Part shown: positions 48,654-61,849 of the stretch, in pieces | Layout of the letters: every line of letters begins with the position of its first letter | How positions within the stretch are numbered: position 1 is the first letter of the stretch | Origin: Raja brachyura | Taxonomy: Eukaryota | Length of the DNA: 64,000 nucleotides | Direction: 5' to 3' | NCBI GenBank assembly: GCA_963514005.1 | Contig: OY740787.1 | Span: 84,940,001-85,004,000 of the forward strand | Notes under the pieces: model-generated | Databases searched by the model: none | Told to the model about the DNA's origin: nothing | Seen by the model: the letters and a program-made list of their open reading frames with translations, nothing else | Translations under genes and position numbers: made by a program

Positions 48654-48825
48654 TACACACAACTGCACACACACAAAAAGATATATGTATATGAAATATC
48701 TATCGCCATATATGTGTTTGCCTTTACATTTTACATATTACTATGATAGATTCAACAGACATCCAACTCTATATGTATAAAACAGCAATGGGAAATGAAT
48801 AAGGAGATCTGATTATAGGTCATAC

Positions 48826-49402
48826 GGTCATAAGTGATTATAGGTCATACGGCCATCATGTCTAGTCGCCATTCAATCATGGCTGATCTATCTCTCCTTC
48901 CTAACCCCATTCTCCTGCCTTCTCCCCATGACATATGACACCTGTACTAATCAAAAATCTATCTATCTCTGCCTTAAAAAATATCCACTGACTTGGCCTC
49001 TACAACCGTCTGTTGCAAAGAATTCCGCAGTTTCACCACCCTCTAACGAAATACATTTTGCCTCATCTCCTTCCTTAACAAACATCCTTTAATTCTGAGG
49101 CTATGACCTCCAGTCCTGGGCTCTCCCACAAGGGAACACATTCTCTCCACATCCACTCTATCCAAGCCTTTCACTATTCTGTACGTTTCAATGAGGTCCC
49201 TCCCCTTATTATTCTAAACTCCAGGGAGTAGAGGGTGCCCAAAATTGCGACAGTAATCCAAATGCAGCCTCAGCAGCATCTTATAGAGCCTCAGCATTAC
49301 ATCCCTGTTTTTCTATACAAGCCCTCTTGAAATAGATACTAGCATTGAGGTTGCTTTCTCTACTACCAATTTGACTTTCAGATTAACGTTTTGGGAATCC
49401 TG
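48826..49402 (-). mobile_element. CR1 LINE 3' fragment with internal deletion
   Basis: CR1 3' UTR and ORF2 C-terminal sequence in reverse. Confidence 0.85.
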
Positions 49403-49404
49403 AA

Positions 49405-50080
49405 CGTTATTTTTCCATATCGTATCTCCGTCTCCACCGAGGCCTAACCTCGTGGAGTTGGCGGCCTTTCCTGGAGACCGACCCGGCGTTTCAACCGCGG
49501 GCGCGGCGCGGACTTGCCATCATGGAGCTTGCAATCCCATTGCCGGGGGATCGACTGTGGAGAGCTCCAACCATGGGCCTGTGGACTTTAACATCGTGGA
49601 GATCACGTTCCCTGATTAGAGACCAATTCTGGAGCTCCAACGCGCGGAGAGTTTCAACCATCCCGACGCGGGGGTTTCGATCACCACAACACGAGGGCTT
49701 CAGATCGCCGGCTGCGGGCGCTTTGATCGCCCTGACTGCGGATGGTTTGACAGTCCCGACCGTGGGAGAAGAAAAAGGGAGAAGATTGGACTTTATTCAC
49801 TTCCATCACAGTGAGGAATGTGGGGACCCACTGTGGTGGATGTTTATGGTAACTTTTATTTTATGTGGCTGTGTGTCTTGCTTTTCACTTAGTATGGCTG
49901 TATGGTAACTCATATTATTAATGTTTAATGTTTTATGTGTCATTCCTAACTGTCACTGTATGTCATGTTGTCACTTGCGGGCGGAGCACCAAGGCAAATT
50001 CCTTGTATGTGAATTCATTCAAATTTCACTGTACCTTAGTGGTACATGTGACAATAAACTGACCTTGAAACCCTTGAAAC
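49405..50080 (+). mobile_element. unclassified GC-rich retroposon, copy 2
   Basis: ggcctaacctcgtggagttggcggcct (cf. 5328-5355); hairpin ccatcacagtg...cactgtggtgg at 49803-49840; tail tgtgacaataaactgaccttgaaacccttgaaac. Confidence 0.6.
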
Positions 50081-50499
50081 CATGATACAGTGAAAGTGTT
50101 TGTTATGCATACTATCCAGGCAAATCATATCAAACATGAGTACAACAAATATTGTAAAAAGTAAAAGGAAACAGTACAGAATATATTGTTACAGCTACAA
50201 AGAAAGTGCAGATAAAAGGAGAGCAAGGTCTGCAACAATGTAGATTGGGAGATAAGTAATAGATCCTTAGCATATGAGAGGTCCGGTTAGGTGTCTTATC
50301 ACAGCAGGGAAAAAGCTCTTCTTCAATCTGGCATGCTTTAAAAAAGCAGCTTCATCCTTGTAACAGCAATGAAATAATAATCAGATCATCTTCTGGTGAA
50401 GGAACCAGAACATTGAAGGAGAGCAAGGTTTTCCCCCCCCCCCCTAATTAATAGCTAGAAATTGTTTGCACATCACCAATACAAAACATTGCAGAGTTG

Positions 50500-50722
50500 G
50501 CACAAAAAGATGGAGTAACTCGGAGGGTCAGACAGCATCTCTGGAGAAAAGGAATATGTAACGTTTCGGGTCGAGACCTTTCTTCAGGTCTGAACCCAAA
50601 GCGGGTCTGAAGAAGGGTCTCAACCCGAAATGTCATCCTTTTCTCCGGAGATGTTCTCTGACCCGCTGAGTTACTCCAGCTTTTTGTGTCTATCTTCTGT
50701 TTAAACCAGCATCAGCAGTTCC
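50500..50722. mobile_element. Penelope pLTR fold-back with a hammerhead motif on each strand
   Basis: Minus 50557-50590 CTGAAGAaaggtctcgacccGAAAcgTT; plus 50603-50638 CTGAAGAagggtctcaacccGAAAtgTC. Confidence 0.82.
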
Positions 50723-50723
50723 T

Positions 50724-51287
50724 TCAAGTTTCAAGTTTCAAGATTCAAGAGAGTTTATTGTCATGTGTTCCAGATAGGACAATGAAATTCGTGCTTTGCT
50801 TCAGCACATTGCAGAATATTGTAGGCATAAATACAGAACAGATCAGTGTGTCCATATACCATTGAATATATATATACACACATAAATAAATAAACTGATA
50901 AAGTGCAATAGGCTATTAATGTTCAGAGTTTTGTTTGAGTTGAGTTTAATAGTCTGATGGCTGTGGGGAATAAGCTATTCCTGAACCTGGATGTTGTAGA
51001 TTTCAGGCTCCTGTACCTTCTACCTGAAGGTAGTGGGGAGATGAGTGTGTGGCCAGGATGGTGTGGGTCCTTGATGATGCTGCCAGCCTTTTTGAGGCAG
51101 CGACTGCGATAGATCCCCTCGATGATAGGGAGGTCAGAGCCGATGATGGACTGGGCAGTGTTTACAACTTCTTGTAGTCTTTTCCGCTCCTGGGCGCTAA
51201 AGTTGCCGAACCAAGCCACGATGCAACCGGTCAGCATGCTCTCCACTGTGCACCTGTAGAAGTTCGAGAGAGTCCTCGTTGACATTC
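50724..51287 (-). mobile_element. Rex1/Babar LINE 3' end
   Basis: TLSNFYRCTVESMLTGCIVAWFGN...IIKDPHHPGH...FRNSLFPTAIRLLN; (cttgaa)n tail; same family as 60154-61632. Confidence 0.92.
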
Positions 51288-51877
51288 CTGCAAATTGCCG
51301 AGTTGATGCTTTTTTCCCCACACATTTCCAATGGCTAATTGGTCCCATTTGGACAATATATTTGTGTTCACCAGTACAGTTTTTCCACCATCAGAGGATG
51401 TCAACAGTAGCTCTATGTCATTGAGAGTGAAAGCTTTCAACCACGTTGGCCTAAATAAGGATAGTTGCCGAACACCTGCAAACACATCAGCTTTAATCAA
51501 CACTGAGGCTTGAAGGGGAATAGTATTTAAATATCCAATCACAGCAGACTTCATCCACAGCTGAACTATTGCCTCCGACTGCACAAATATACAGTTCACT
51601 GCTCATGCAGCAGGTTGGCCTTTGCTAGACAAGGGACAACTACAGTAGACATTACCCTACCAAGTGAGCTGGCAACCATGTATGCATCTGCTGTTACTCA
51701 TTTGCTGCTATATTTTTCCCATGTATTCTGATTGTAAATATTTGAAAGATTAGGAAATTGAGGGTTATGGGCTACTGGCACTTAAGAGGATCTGTGGGCA
51801 GCATAGACCAGCCAGGATTACATTGAATGGCAGGACAACCTTGAGGGACCTGGTGCCTACTCCTGCTCCTATGTTGT

Positions 51878-52025
51878 TTAAGAAGGAACTGCAGATGCTG
51901 GAAAATCGAAGTTAGAAACACTGCGGGTGAGGCAGCATCTATAGAACAAAGGAAATAGGCAACATTTCTGGTCAAAACCGTTCTTCAGACTATATCCTTC
52001 GCTCCATAGATGCTGCCTCACCTGC
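51878..52025. mobile_element. Penelope pLTR fold-back element
   Basis: ggtgaggcagcatctat ... atagatgctgcctcacc. Confidence 0.75.
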
Positions 52026-53151
52026 TCCTATATTCTTGTGTTGTGGCTGTTGATAGAGTTGTCATGTGACTAAATTCCAAGAGAAATACCAAACAAAGCT
52101 AAAACAAGGGAAGATTAACACAGTTCTTTAAAACAATGCCCTTGTTTAAGGAAGGTTACAGATCGAAGATAGATATGAACCACCTGATGGTCACACACAC
52201 CATAAATTCAGTTAATTATTATTAGCTTCAAGGAAGTACTGTTAAACTTGCTTTAACCCAGGATGTACCCTATGCATCTAATAATGAGTTCAACAGGTAC
52301 TGTTTTTTTTTTAATTACAATCATATATAACTTTACAGCACAGAAATATGCAATAGAATTTCAGTAAGTAGTCCTGCAGATCGATGGAATTAGGGGACCA
52401 TTATACTTCAGTGATCAGATTTGGACCAGAACTTGCAAAGAATAAAGTAAGATTTCAAGGTCTTATGTATATATTACAACTCTGCTCACTGCAGGTAGAA
52501 ACATGCATGTTTAAGCAGAGTTCTTCTCAACAACATGTACATTTGCGCAGCAGCCTTCTTCTGCCACTATTCTGCTCATATTAAAATATTTTGCAATGGC
52601 ACTGCAAACTAAAATAAGTTTGCAATGACACTGCAGTGAATGTTAGTTTTAATCATGCAAGGAGACTGTCAAAACATCCAACCTCTCTAAAATGGGCAAC
52701 ATTGGATCGGCCATCAGTAACATAACAAATCCTAGCGAGGTAAGGGAGGAAAAGACTGGTACGGTGTATAGTGGACAACCACTCCATGCTTGGCCACCTC
52801 ACACACTTTTTTAAAAGTTGATTTTTAGCCCGAAAGTAATGTAATCTGGGCAGCAAGAATACAGTGCAAAAAAGGTTTCAGCATCAAATATTAATATCAC
52901 TAAATCTTAAATATCCTACAGCCATTTCAGTGAGTATTTATAACTTGTTTTTATTCAATGACTCAAGAGTAACAAATATTTATCATGAAAATACAGATCA
53001 ATATAAAATGGCTTTGGTTGCCAACGAGAGTCGTTACAGCAACTCCTCAGTTCAAAGATATTCTGGTGTAAGTATCTATGCTCGTCCACATTCAAACATT
53101 TATAAGAATGAAGTTGAACATCACTAAGCATATGAGTTCCTTCATGTGTAT

Positions 53152-53482
53152 TAGCCCTGTCCCATGGTACGAGTTCATTCCAAGAGCTCCCCTGAGCTTA
53201 AAAAAAAATCAAACTAGCGGTAAGCACGGAGAATGAACGTAGCGGGTACGTCGGAGTTCGGGGACATCTCTTAGCGGCTCGTAACGCTAAAGGCAGGTAC
53301 TCGGGAAGACTCGCTAACGGCAAGTAAGCACAGGAAGACCCGTGAAGATTTTTCAACATGTTGAAAAATGTCCACGAGAACCCCGAGTACCGCCGAGTGG
53401 CCATTGTCGTAAATCTCCAAGTTGGAATCTGGGCAAACTCAGGAGACCTCCTAGAGTGAACTCGTACCGTGGGACAGGGCTT
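53152..53482. mobile_element. PIF/Harbinger-type MITE, family B copy 2
   Basis: AGCCCTGTCCCATGGTACGAGTTCA ... TGAACTCGTACCGTGGGACAGGGCT; collinear with 17961-18280. Confidence 0.88.
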
Positions 53483-53929
53483 CATGTCAAATGCACCAGG
53501 AAGTTAAATTTCAGCTGTATCATTCAAAGTTAAATCCCCATTTTGTTATGTTTCAGTTTTCTGAAAGAACTGAACCACATTAATCACAAAACATTCCTTT
53601 TCACAAAATCAAGTTTCTTGGTTACCTTATCACCTTCTGCCATTGATGTCCTAGTTATTCAGCAGAGAGCCCTCTGAGTCTGTGACAACCATCAGGCATT
53701 TACACTAGCCCTGTGTATCCTTTATACTCACTCCATTCCCCAGAATTCACCCCCAGATTCTACCACTCAACTACACCCTCGGGCCAATATTTAGTGGTCT
53801 ATTAACTTATCAACCAATATGTATTTGGGATGTAGGAGTGAACCCATGGGGATCACAGGGAGAATGTACACAGTCCACACAGACAGCACTGAAAGCCAGG
53901 ATTGAACCAGGGCAGCTGGAGCTGTTTCG

Positions 53930-54876
53930 GTTAAGGTTTAGACTCATTGTAACGTGTACCAAGATATAGTCAAAAGCTTTGTTTTGCATGCTATCCAACC
54001 AGATCAGATAAAACAATCCATAAATACAATTGTGTCAAAGTCAAATAAGTAGGGCAAAGGGGAAGAATGCGGAATATAGTTCTCAGCACTATTGTAGTGC
54101 AGTAGTTCCTGGCACAAAGTACAATGTCTGCAATAGGGTTGAGGTGAATCAAACAGTATCTTAGCGTATGGAAGGACCATTCAGAAGCCTGATAACAGAG
54201 GGGAAGAAGCTGTTTCTGAGTCTGGTCATGTGCGCTTTCAAACTTCTGTACTTTTTGCCCAATGAGTGCAAGGAGAAGGAGAAATGACTGAGGTGGGACA
54301 ATTCTTTGATTATGGTGGCTGCTTTCTCTTGGTAGAGTAAAGCAGTCAGTGATGGGGAGTCTGTGATGGACTGGACTACATCCACAACTCTGCAATTTCT
54401 TAGGGTCTTGGGCAGAGTTGTTTCCAAACCAAGCAGCGATGCAACCTGGGAGTTTGCTTTCAATGGTGCATCTGTAGAAGTTTGTAAGAATCATTGGAGA
54501 CATGCCGAATTTCCTTAGCCTCCAGTGGAAGTAGAGACATTGGTTTGCCTTGGATGCCACATCAATGTGGTTGGTCAACGATAGATCGTTGGGAGCATTA
54601 ACACCAAGGAACTTGAAGATCTCAACCCTTTCTGCTTCAGCACCATTAACGTTGTTTATGGCTTGTACTCCACCACCCTTCCTGAGGTCGATAACTAGCT
54701 CCTTCGTCTTGCTGACATTGAGGGAAAGGCTGTTGTCCTGACACCACGTTACTAAGTTTTCTATCTGCTTGCTGAACATCATCTCGTCATTGTTCGTAAT
54801 TTGGCAAACCGCAGTGGTGTCAGCTGCAAACCTATAGATGGAATTAAGAGCCAAATTTAGCTGCACAGTCGTGAGT
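53930..54876 (-). mobile_element. Rex1/Babar LINE 3' region (older subfamily)
   Basis: SIYRFAADT...WCQDNSLSLNVSKTKELVID...FKFLGV...TNFYRCTIES...LRNSFFPSVIRLLN. Confidence 0.9.
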
Positions 54877-54877
54877 T

Positions 54878-55145
54878 AAACTCACCAGGAAGGCCGGCTC
54901 CGACCTGGGGACAGAGTTGGATTCATGGCAGGTGGTCCTGGAGGGGAGGGTGCTCCTCAAACTGCGGACCATCCTGGACAATACAGCTCACCCACTCCAT
55001 GACACACTGAGGAGCACCTTCAGCAACAGACCCAATGTTTGCACATCCCAATCCTTTCCACTCGTCACTTTAATTTCATGTTTCATGTATTTTGTGTTTT
55101 ATGACTGTTGGCAATTTCCCTCCTGGGTTAAATAAAGTTCTATCA
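54878..55145 (+). mobile_element. Rex1-like LINE 3' fragment
   Basis: KLTRKAGS.LG.ELD...LLKLRTILDNTAHPLHDTL; aataaagttctatc tail. Confidence 0.65.
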
Positions 55146-55497
55146 TATTGTGTAGTATCATATATATGCAGTATATTAGGATACTGAGAACGCATCCTTG
55201 CAGGGGACTGGTGCCAAGAATTATTGTGCAGGAGGTATTGTCAGCTATCCTCACAGAATATGCTCTGTGGGTCAGAAAGTCAAGGATCCAGTGTCAGAGG
55301 GGGGTGCTGACTCCGATGCCCAGCACCACAGTGCCTGTAATGGCAATTTCAAACTTTTCCAATGTCCAATTTTCCATTGCCATTACAACATGGGTAGGTG
55401 GGAGTGATCTGATGCAGACAAGAAAAAAACTGATGTTCCATCGTTATTTCCAGCTTAATTGGTTCTTTATTGAAGTAGTAGAGCTTTTAAAGATAGC

Positions 55498-55620
55498 AGT
55501 CAGGGGATATGGGGAGAAGGCAGGAATGGGGTACTGATTGGGGATGATCAGCCACCACATTGAATAGCGGTGCTGGCTCGAAGGGCCTAATGGCCTACTC
55601 CTGCACCTATTGTCTATTGT
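55498..55620 (+). mobile_element. CR1 3' UTR fragment
   Basis: gatatggggagaaggcagg...aatggcctactcctgcacctattgtctattgt. Confidence 0.85.
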
Positions 55621-55830
55621 TGTACAGACAAAAAAATGAATATACCAGATCCTCTTCATTCTTTAACAAATTGTAGCTTTCCGTTCTTACTCTCTGTTAA
55701 GAACTGTTTTCTCTCCAATTCCCGTGGCTGGTCAGATCTGGTCAGTCCCTCGCCCCCTATAATATAATCACGCCCATCTACCTTCCAGTTACAAGGTCTC
55801 AAACAGCAGGCAGTCCACCAATATTAATTA

Positions 55831-57445
55831 CTAGACTAAGTGGGACCCGTTGGGCTGGTCCCCCAACGCAATATTCCACCTCTCCACCAATTCCAATATT
55901 GGTGGCCAGTGGGGGGGGCTTTCTGGAGCACTAGTATGGGTGTTGTGGGCTGAAGGGACTGGGTTCCAGAGGGCTAGTATGGACATTGTGGGCCAAATGG
56001 ATTATTAGGATTGCAGCTCAGTCACTCAAGCCTGATGTGCTGGCAGCTCACTCACGGCTGGTGGGCTAGCAGTTGAAAATCCATTTCAAGCAGGATGCAA
56101 GGCAACCAAATTCAAATGCAGTTTCCTACCATTTCAAGCAGGGTACAAGGCCACCAAATTCAGGTGCAGTTTCCTACCACTTCAAGCACGGTGCAAGGCC
56201 ACTGAATTCATGTGCAGTTCCCTACCACTTCAAGCAGGGTGCAAAGCCACCGAATTCAAGTGCAATTTCCAACCACTTCAAGCAGGGTGCAAGGCCACTG
56301 AATTAAAGTGCAGTTTCATACCACTTCAAGCAGGATGCAGGGCCATCAAATTCAAGTGCAGTTTCATGCGACGTCAAGCAGGGTGTAATGCCACCAAATT
56401 CAAATGCAGTTTCATGCCATTTCAAGCACGGTCCAAGGCACCAAATTCAAGTGCAGTTTCATGCCATTTCAAGCAGGGTGCAAGGCCACTAAATTCAAGT
56501 GCAGTTTCATGCCACCAAGCAGGATGCAAGGCCACTAAATTCAAGTGCAGTTTCATACCATTTCATGCAGGGTGCAAGGCCACCACATTCAATTGCAGTT
56601 TCATACCATTTCAAGCTGGGTGAAACCACCATCAAACCACTATAAAACCATAAAAAAACACACACTCACAGTTCAGTAGATATTCCGTGCGTTCGGTTGA
56701 TTCACAGCTCAGAGTCGTGACCTCTTCCTCCCCCATCTTGCAGAGACTGAGCCACATTCACCCTTCTGTTTTTTATAATCCCTCCCCCCTCCAACCAGAA
56801 GGGGCATGGCCTTCATGGCATGATTGACTGGAGAGAGATTCTCAACATTTTTTGAAACACTAATAACACTTTTATTTTTCATTGATGGGAAGAATCCTCT
56901 GCACATGATGAGCGGAGGGGGACTAAGTAAGATGGCCAAAAATCCCAGCCGTAAGTGGTAGCGTTTTATCAAAAATCGATATACAGTGCAAACGGGAAGT
57001 TGTCAAGTTTCCACCAACAACCATTTTTGCAGTGCAGCATTTCAAAGCAGTTACCACCACCAACAACAACCATTTTTGCAGTGCAGCATTTCAAAGCAAC
57101 CACATTTTCATTTTCAAACCACATTAAGGGCACTCACAGTTGAGTAGACATGTGTTCAGTGTTATTCACAGCTCAGAGAGACGTGACCCTCTCGCTTCCT
57201 CCATCTTGCAGAGACTGAGTGAGGCACAATACTTCCGGGTTGTCTAGTCGTCCCTCCTCCCACCAGCAGGGGCAGCAGAGAGAACATCAACATGTTTAAA
57301 ACATTAATAACTTTTTTATTTTTAATCAATGGGAAAACCCCTCTTGTCCTGCGCAGCGGAGGGGGAGTCTGAGTAAGATGGCCAAAAATCACAGCCGTAA
57401 GTGGCAGCGTTTTTTCAAAAATCATGAAACAGAAAACAGGAAGAG
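55831..57445 (-). mobile_element. non-autonomous Helitron H3 (5' end lost)
   Basis: + A|CTAGactaagtgggacccgttgggctggtcccc is the minus-strand hairpin plus CTAG|T; collinear with H1, including the 48-bp array and duplicated ~330-bp block. Confidence 0.8.
56080..56622. repeat. 48-bp minisatellite inside Helitron H3
   Basis: Same unit as 46430-47060, about 11 copies. Confidence 0.95.
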
Positions 57446-57684
57446 GGTTGATTTGATGGTATTTTTTGTTCAGGCAGTTGCAATTATTTAATATTGGAGT
57501 TGTGGAATTTTGATAAAACAGGGCTTGTTTAACTCTGTAATAGAACATCATTTAAACAAAGCAGTTTCAAATTAAGCACATGTCTAATTAACCACAGGCT
57601 GGTCGGGCACAGGTTTTTAATCCTAATTCCCCTCAGCAATTCCTTGACCCAACCATAATCCCAGTGAGGAGTGCCACAGACAAG

Positions 57685-58014
57685 ATACAGAGTTTCTTGC
57701 CCAGAGTAGGTGAATCGAGGACCAGAGGACACAGGTTGAAGGTGAAGGGGAAAAGATTTAATAGAAATCTGAGGGGGGGGGGGGGACTTATTCACACAAA
57801 GGGTGATGGGTGTATGAAACAAGCTGCCAGAGGAGGTAGTTGAGGCTGGGACTATCCCAACATAAAAGAAGCAGTTAGACAGGTACATGGGTAGGGCGGG
57901 TTTGGAGGGGTATGGACCAAACGCAGGCAGGTGGGACTAGTGTAGCTGGGACATGTTGGCCAGTGTGGGCAGTTGAGCGAAAGGGCCCGTTTCCACAATG
58001 TATGACTCTATGAC
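57685..58014 (+). mobile_element. CR1 LINE 3' end
   Basis: Same subfamily as 30950-31280; (tatgactc) tail. Confidence 0.9.
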
Positions 58015-59225
58015 TGGACTTAGTGCAAAAGTACAACTGGTGAAGATCATTAGTTTAACCTCCAACCTGAGCAGGTGTGCCTGGTGTGTTGGTGAGTAGC
58101 AGAATTTAAGGCCGGGTATGGAGGCTGAATACAATAGGTTAAGAAAAGATTAGTGTACACACGGGTGCTTGATGTAGAAACAAAAAACTGCAGATGCTGG
58201 ATAATACACGAAAGGTCACCAAGTGCTGCAGTAACTCAGCAGGTCAGGCAGCATCTCTGGAGAACATGGATACGTAACATTTCAGTTTGAGACTCCTCTT
58301 CAGATCCTGTGTCCTTATGGGTGTTTGCCGTTTGGTGTGCACGCAGTATATAGCACGCAGTGCTATAGTTCTCTACGAATCTTATGACCTGTAGAACGGC
58401 AAATTAGCACGTCAGTCTTCAGAGAGAGAGAGGAAGTATTTTCCAAGGTGCAGAATCGGTGAGTCAGTGGTGAAGCAATGGTGCTTGGCACTGATCTCAA
58501 AGAAAGCTTCCTACAAAATTAATCAAGAGACCCGAGGCAAGAACTCCCTCTGTTCACGTGTTGGGTCCTGCCAGTCGTACATTCAAGGAGAACGCTGGAG
58601 TTCAGCAGTTACGTCATCAGATTAGGTGAAGAGTCAACAACACATTTACAGAAAGGAAATCAGGAGTAAAATGATGCGCACTTTAAGAAACTGTTTGAAA
58701 TGCTTAACAGAGTGTAAAAATAAGTCAGACCATACTCAAGATGAAAGCAGTTGAAATACTTTTAAAGATTTATTTTTGAAAGGAATCCATGACATTTAAA
58801 AATCCATGATATTTATGTGAGGAAATAATATAATTCTAATATGATTTTTTTTTAGGCAAAATAACATGCTCAATAGTTACCCAAGGCAGAGTATATTATT
58901 AAAATTTGATTTAGTCCTCAAAGCATAACATTCGCAGGGTATTTAACAGGAAGATTGATTTGTACATAGCTTATGTCAGGTGATTCCCCTCGATTCAGTT
59001 GGAGAAGACTGCAACAACCTAGCTTGTGGGCACAGACAGAATCCCGGATAGTATCTTCACATTTCTGTGTAGGAAGGAACTGCGGATGCTGGTTTACACC
59101 AATGATAGAGACAAAATGCTGGAGTAACTCAGCGGAACAGGCAGTATCCATGGAGAGAAGGAATGGGTGATGTTTCATTGTCACCTTTCCCCCCCAGCTA
59201 ACAATGAACTATTCACATTTGTGTT

Positions 59226-59231
59226 TTTATT
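59226..59231 (-). terminator. candidate polyadenylation signal of FTCDNL1
   Basis: AATAAA on the minus strand (+ tttatt) about 360 nt past the stop codon; not confirmed by transcript data. Confidence 0.4.
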
Positions 59232-59588
59232 AAAATGGACACAGAAATCTCAACGTGGTTGTTTCAAGAAATTCTTGATAATCCCATCGTCATTACTAAT
59301 GCCAAATCTGGGTCAACTATCAGGCACACCTCCCCGGCAATGTTGAGAGGCGTCAAGAGTAATACAGGCATTGATTTAGAAATCCCATCCACCATCTCAG
59401 GGCAACTTTTTTTCTTCTCCTGATGTCCATTCTGGCAGACATAAGTATTTCATCCCACTCATTGAACGTCTCATCTTATTAATTGTCCCCAAGATCATAA
59501 TTAGCAGACTGATAAACAAACCCCCATATAGTGCAATCAACACAATGTGATAAACACAACAGCATTAATCATGCCAACAAACCCTCAC

Positions 59589-60028
59589 TTACATTGTAAG
59601 GGGCTTGCGCTTCTTCCAAAACTCTCCATTTCCTTCCCCTATGGCCGTTTCTGCCAAATTCCTGCAACGTTCAGGTGTAAAACCAACTAAAGCAGTGCCC
59701 ACTGTAGCAACTCCAAAGTTATTAGCCAGTTTTTTAATATGCTTCTCGATAGAACTTGGAGAAAAGTACACATATTCTTCACCCTGAATGCAATAAGAAA
59801 TGTGTTTCTCCTTCTCTTTTGTCAGAGGTGACGAAGTTTCATCTTTACAGCTCTCCACGTTGCAGGCAATCTCCACAGTCCCCTCATGAGGAAAGGCCAT
59901 CGCCTGGATACCCGCGAGGCCACCAACATTTGCTCCGCGGACGGCGCAGGCAATCTGTTGGCCGATGCTCAGATCTTGTGTGTCTATGGTTACGTTGCAG
60001 TTCATAACATAGGGGCTGGCACCAATAC
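59589..60028 (-). CDS. FTCDNL1: FTCDNL1 terminal coding exon (formiminotransferase N-terminal subdomain-containing protein)
   Basis: Acceptor ttttttttgcattttAG (AG at 60030-60029). The phase-1 join gives G-IGASPYVMNCNVTIDTQDL...GLAGIQAMAFPHEGTVEIACNVES...VGTALVGFTPE...EFWKKRKPLTM*. Uninterrupted frame. Confidence 0.9.
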
Positions 60029-60153
60029 CTAAAATGCAAAAAAAATTACATTTTCGATAGATGCTACTTTTCAGAAACAGTGTTTGCTTTCAATGCAAAG
60101 TTTGGTTTCAAAAATACATCTTGATCTTTCCCTGATTCACAGTAGTGCACAGT

Positions 60154-61632
60154 CATTTTCAACCTGTCACTTCTAAGGTCTGAGGCTCCCACCTGCTTCA
60201 AAAGGGCATCAATTATACCAGTGTCCAAGAAGAGCAAGGTGACATGCCTCAATGACTATCGGCCAGTGGCACTAACGCCTGTGGTGATGAAGTGCTTTGA
60301 GAGGTTGATCATGGCGCAAATCAACTCCTACCTCGACAAAAACCTGGACCCACTGCAGTTCGCTTACCGCCACAACAGATCAACGGTGGACGCGATCTCG
60401 CTAGCCCTCCACTCCGCTCTGGACCACTTGGACAACAAAACTCATATGTCAGGCTATTATTCATAGATTACAGCTTGGCATTTAACACAATCATCCCCTC
60501 GAAGCTGGTTACCAAACTCGCAGAACTGGGTCTCTGCGCATCCCTCTGCAATTGGATCCTCGACTTCCTCATCCACAGACCACAGTCTGTTCGTATTGGT
60601 GGAAATGTGTCAGACTTGACAACAATCAGCACGGGAGCACCTCAAGGCTGCGTGCACAGCAGCCCCCTGCTGTACTCACTCTATACTCATGACTGCGTAG
60701 CCGGTCATAGTGCGAACTCCATCATCAAGTTCACTGATGACACCACTGTTGTGGGACGTATCACTGATGGGGAAGAGTCCGAGTATAGAAGAGAGATCGA
60801 GTGACTGTCCATATGGTGCCAGCATAATAACCTGGCCTCAACACCAGCAAAACCAAGGAACTGATTCCAAGGACTTTGGAAGGAGTAGGATGGGGACCCA
60901 CAGTCCTATTTATATCAATGGGTCAATGGTTGAATGGGTCAAGAGCTTCAAATTCCTGGGCATGCACATCTCTGAAGATCTTTCCCGGTCCGAGAACACA
61001 GATGCAATCATTAAGAAAGGTCATCAGCGCCTCTACTTCCTGAAAAGATTACAGAGAGTCGGTCTGTCAAGGAGGACTCTCTCTAACATCTACAGGTGCA
61101 CAGTAGAGAGCATGCTGACCGGTTGCATTGTGGCTTGGTTCGGCAACTTGAGTGCCCTGGAGAAGAAAAGACTACAAAAAGTAGTAAACATTGCCCAGTC
61201 CATCATCGGCTTTGACCTCCCTTCCATCGAGGGGATCTATCGGAGTCGCTGCCTCAAAAAGGCTGGCAGCATCATCAAGGACCCACACCATCCTGGCCAC
61301 ACACGCATCTCCCTGCTACCTTCAGGTAGAAAGTACAGGAGCTTGAAGACTGCAATGACCAGGTTCAGGAATAGCTACTTCCCCACAGCCATCAGGCTAT
61401 TAAACTCAACTCAAACAAAACTCTGAACATTAATAACCCATTATCTGTTTATTTGCACTTTAATCTGTATATTTATTCATGTGTGTATATATTTATATAA
61501 TGGTATATGGACACACTGATTTGTTCTGTATTCATGCCTGCCATATTCTGTTGTGCTGAAGCAAAGAAAGAATTTAATTGTCCTATCTGGGACACATGAC
61601 AGTAAACTCTCTTGAATCTCTTGAATCTTGAA
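60154..61632 (+). mobile_element. Rex1/Babar LINE, 5'-truncated RT, antisense in the FTCDNL1 intron
   Basis: IFNLSL...[12 protein letters not shown]...[17 protein letters not shown]...QFAYR.NRST.DAI...AFNTIIP...GAPQGCV...IIKFTDDT; frameshifted; (cttgaat)n tail. Confidence 0.95.
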
Positions 61633-61849
61633 GGCAGCATGCACCCAATGGGTATCTGTGTTATAAAATTAAAAACTTGAAAAGGGTTTTTACAAATGCT
61701 CATCAATCTGAAATATTAAAACAGCTCATTTTTCTATAAATGTTGCCTGTCCTGCTGAGTACCTCGAGCATTTTCTGTTTTTGTTTGCTTATCATTATCA
61801 TTATAACTCAACAATAGACAGCTTTATCATTATAACTCAACAATAGACA

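Noticed and set aside
51231-51599. 122-aa minus-strand ORF
   Set aside because: No recognisable family, no splice support, and partly overlaps the Rex1 fragment.
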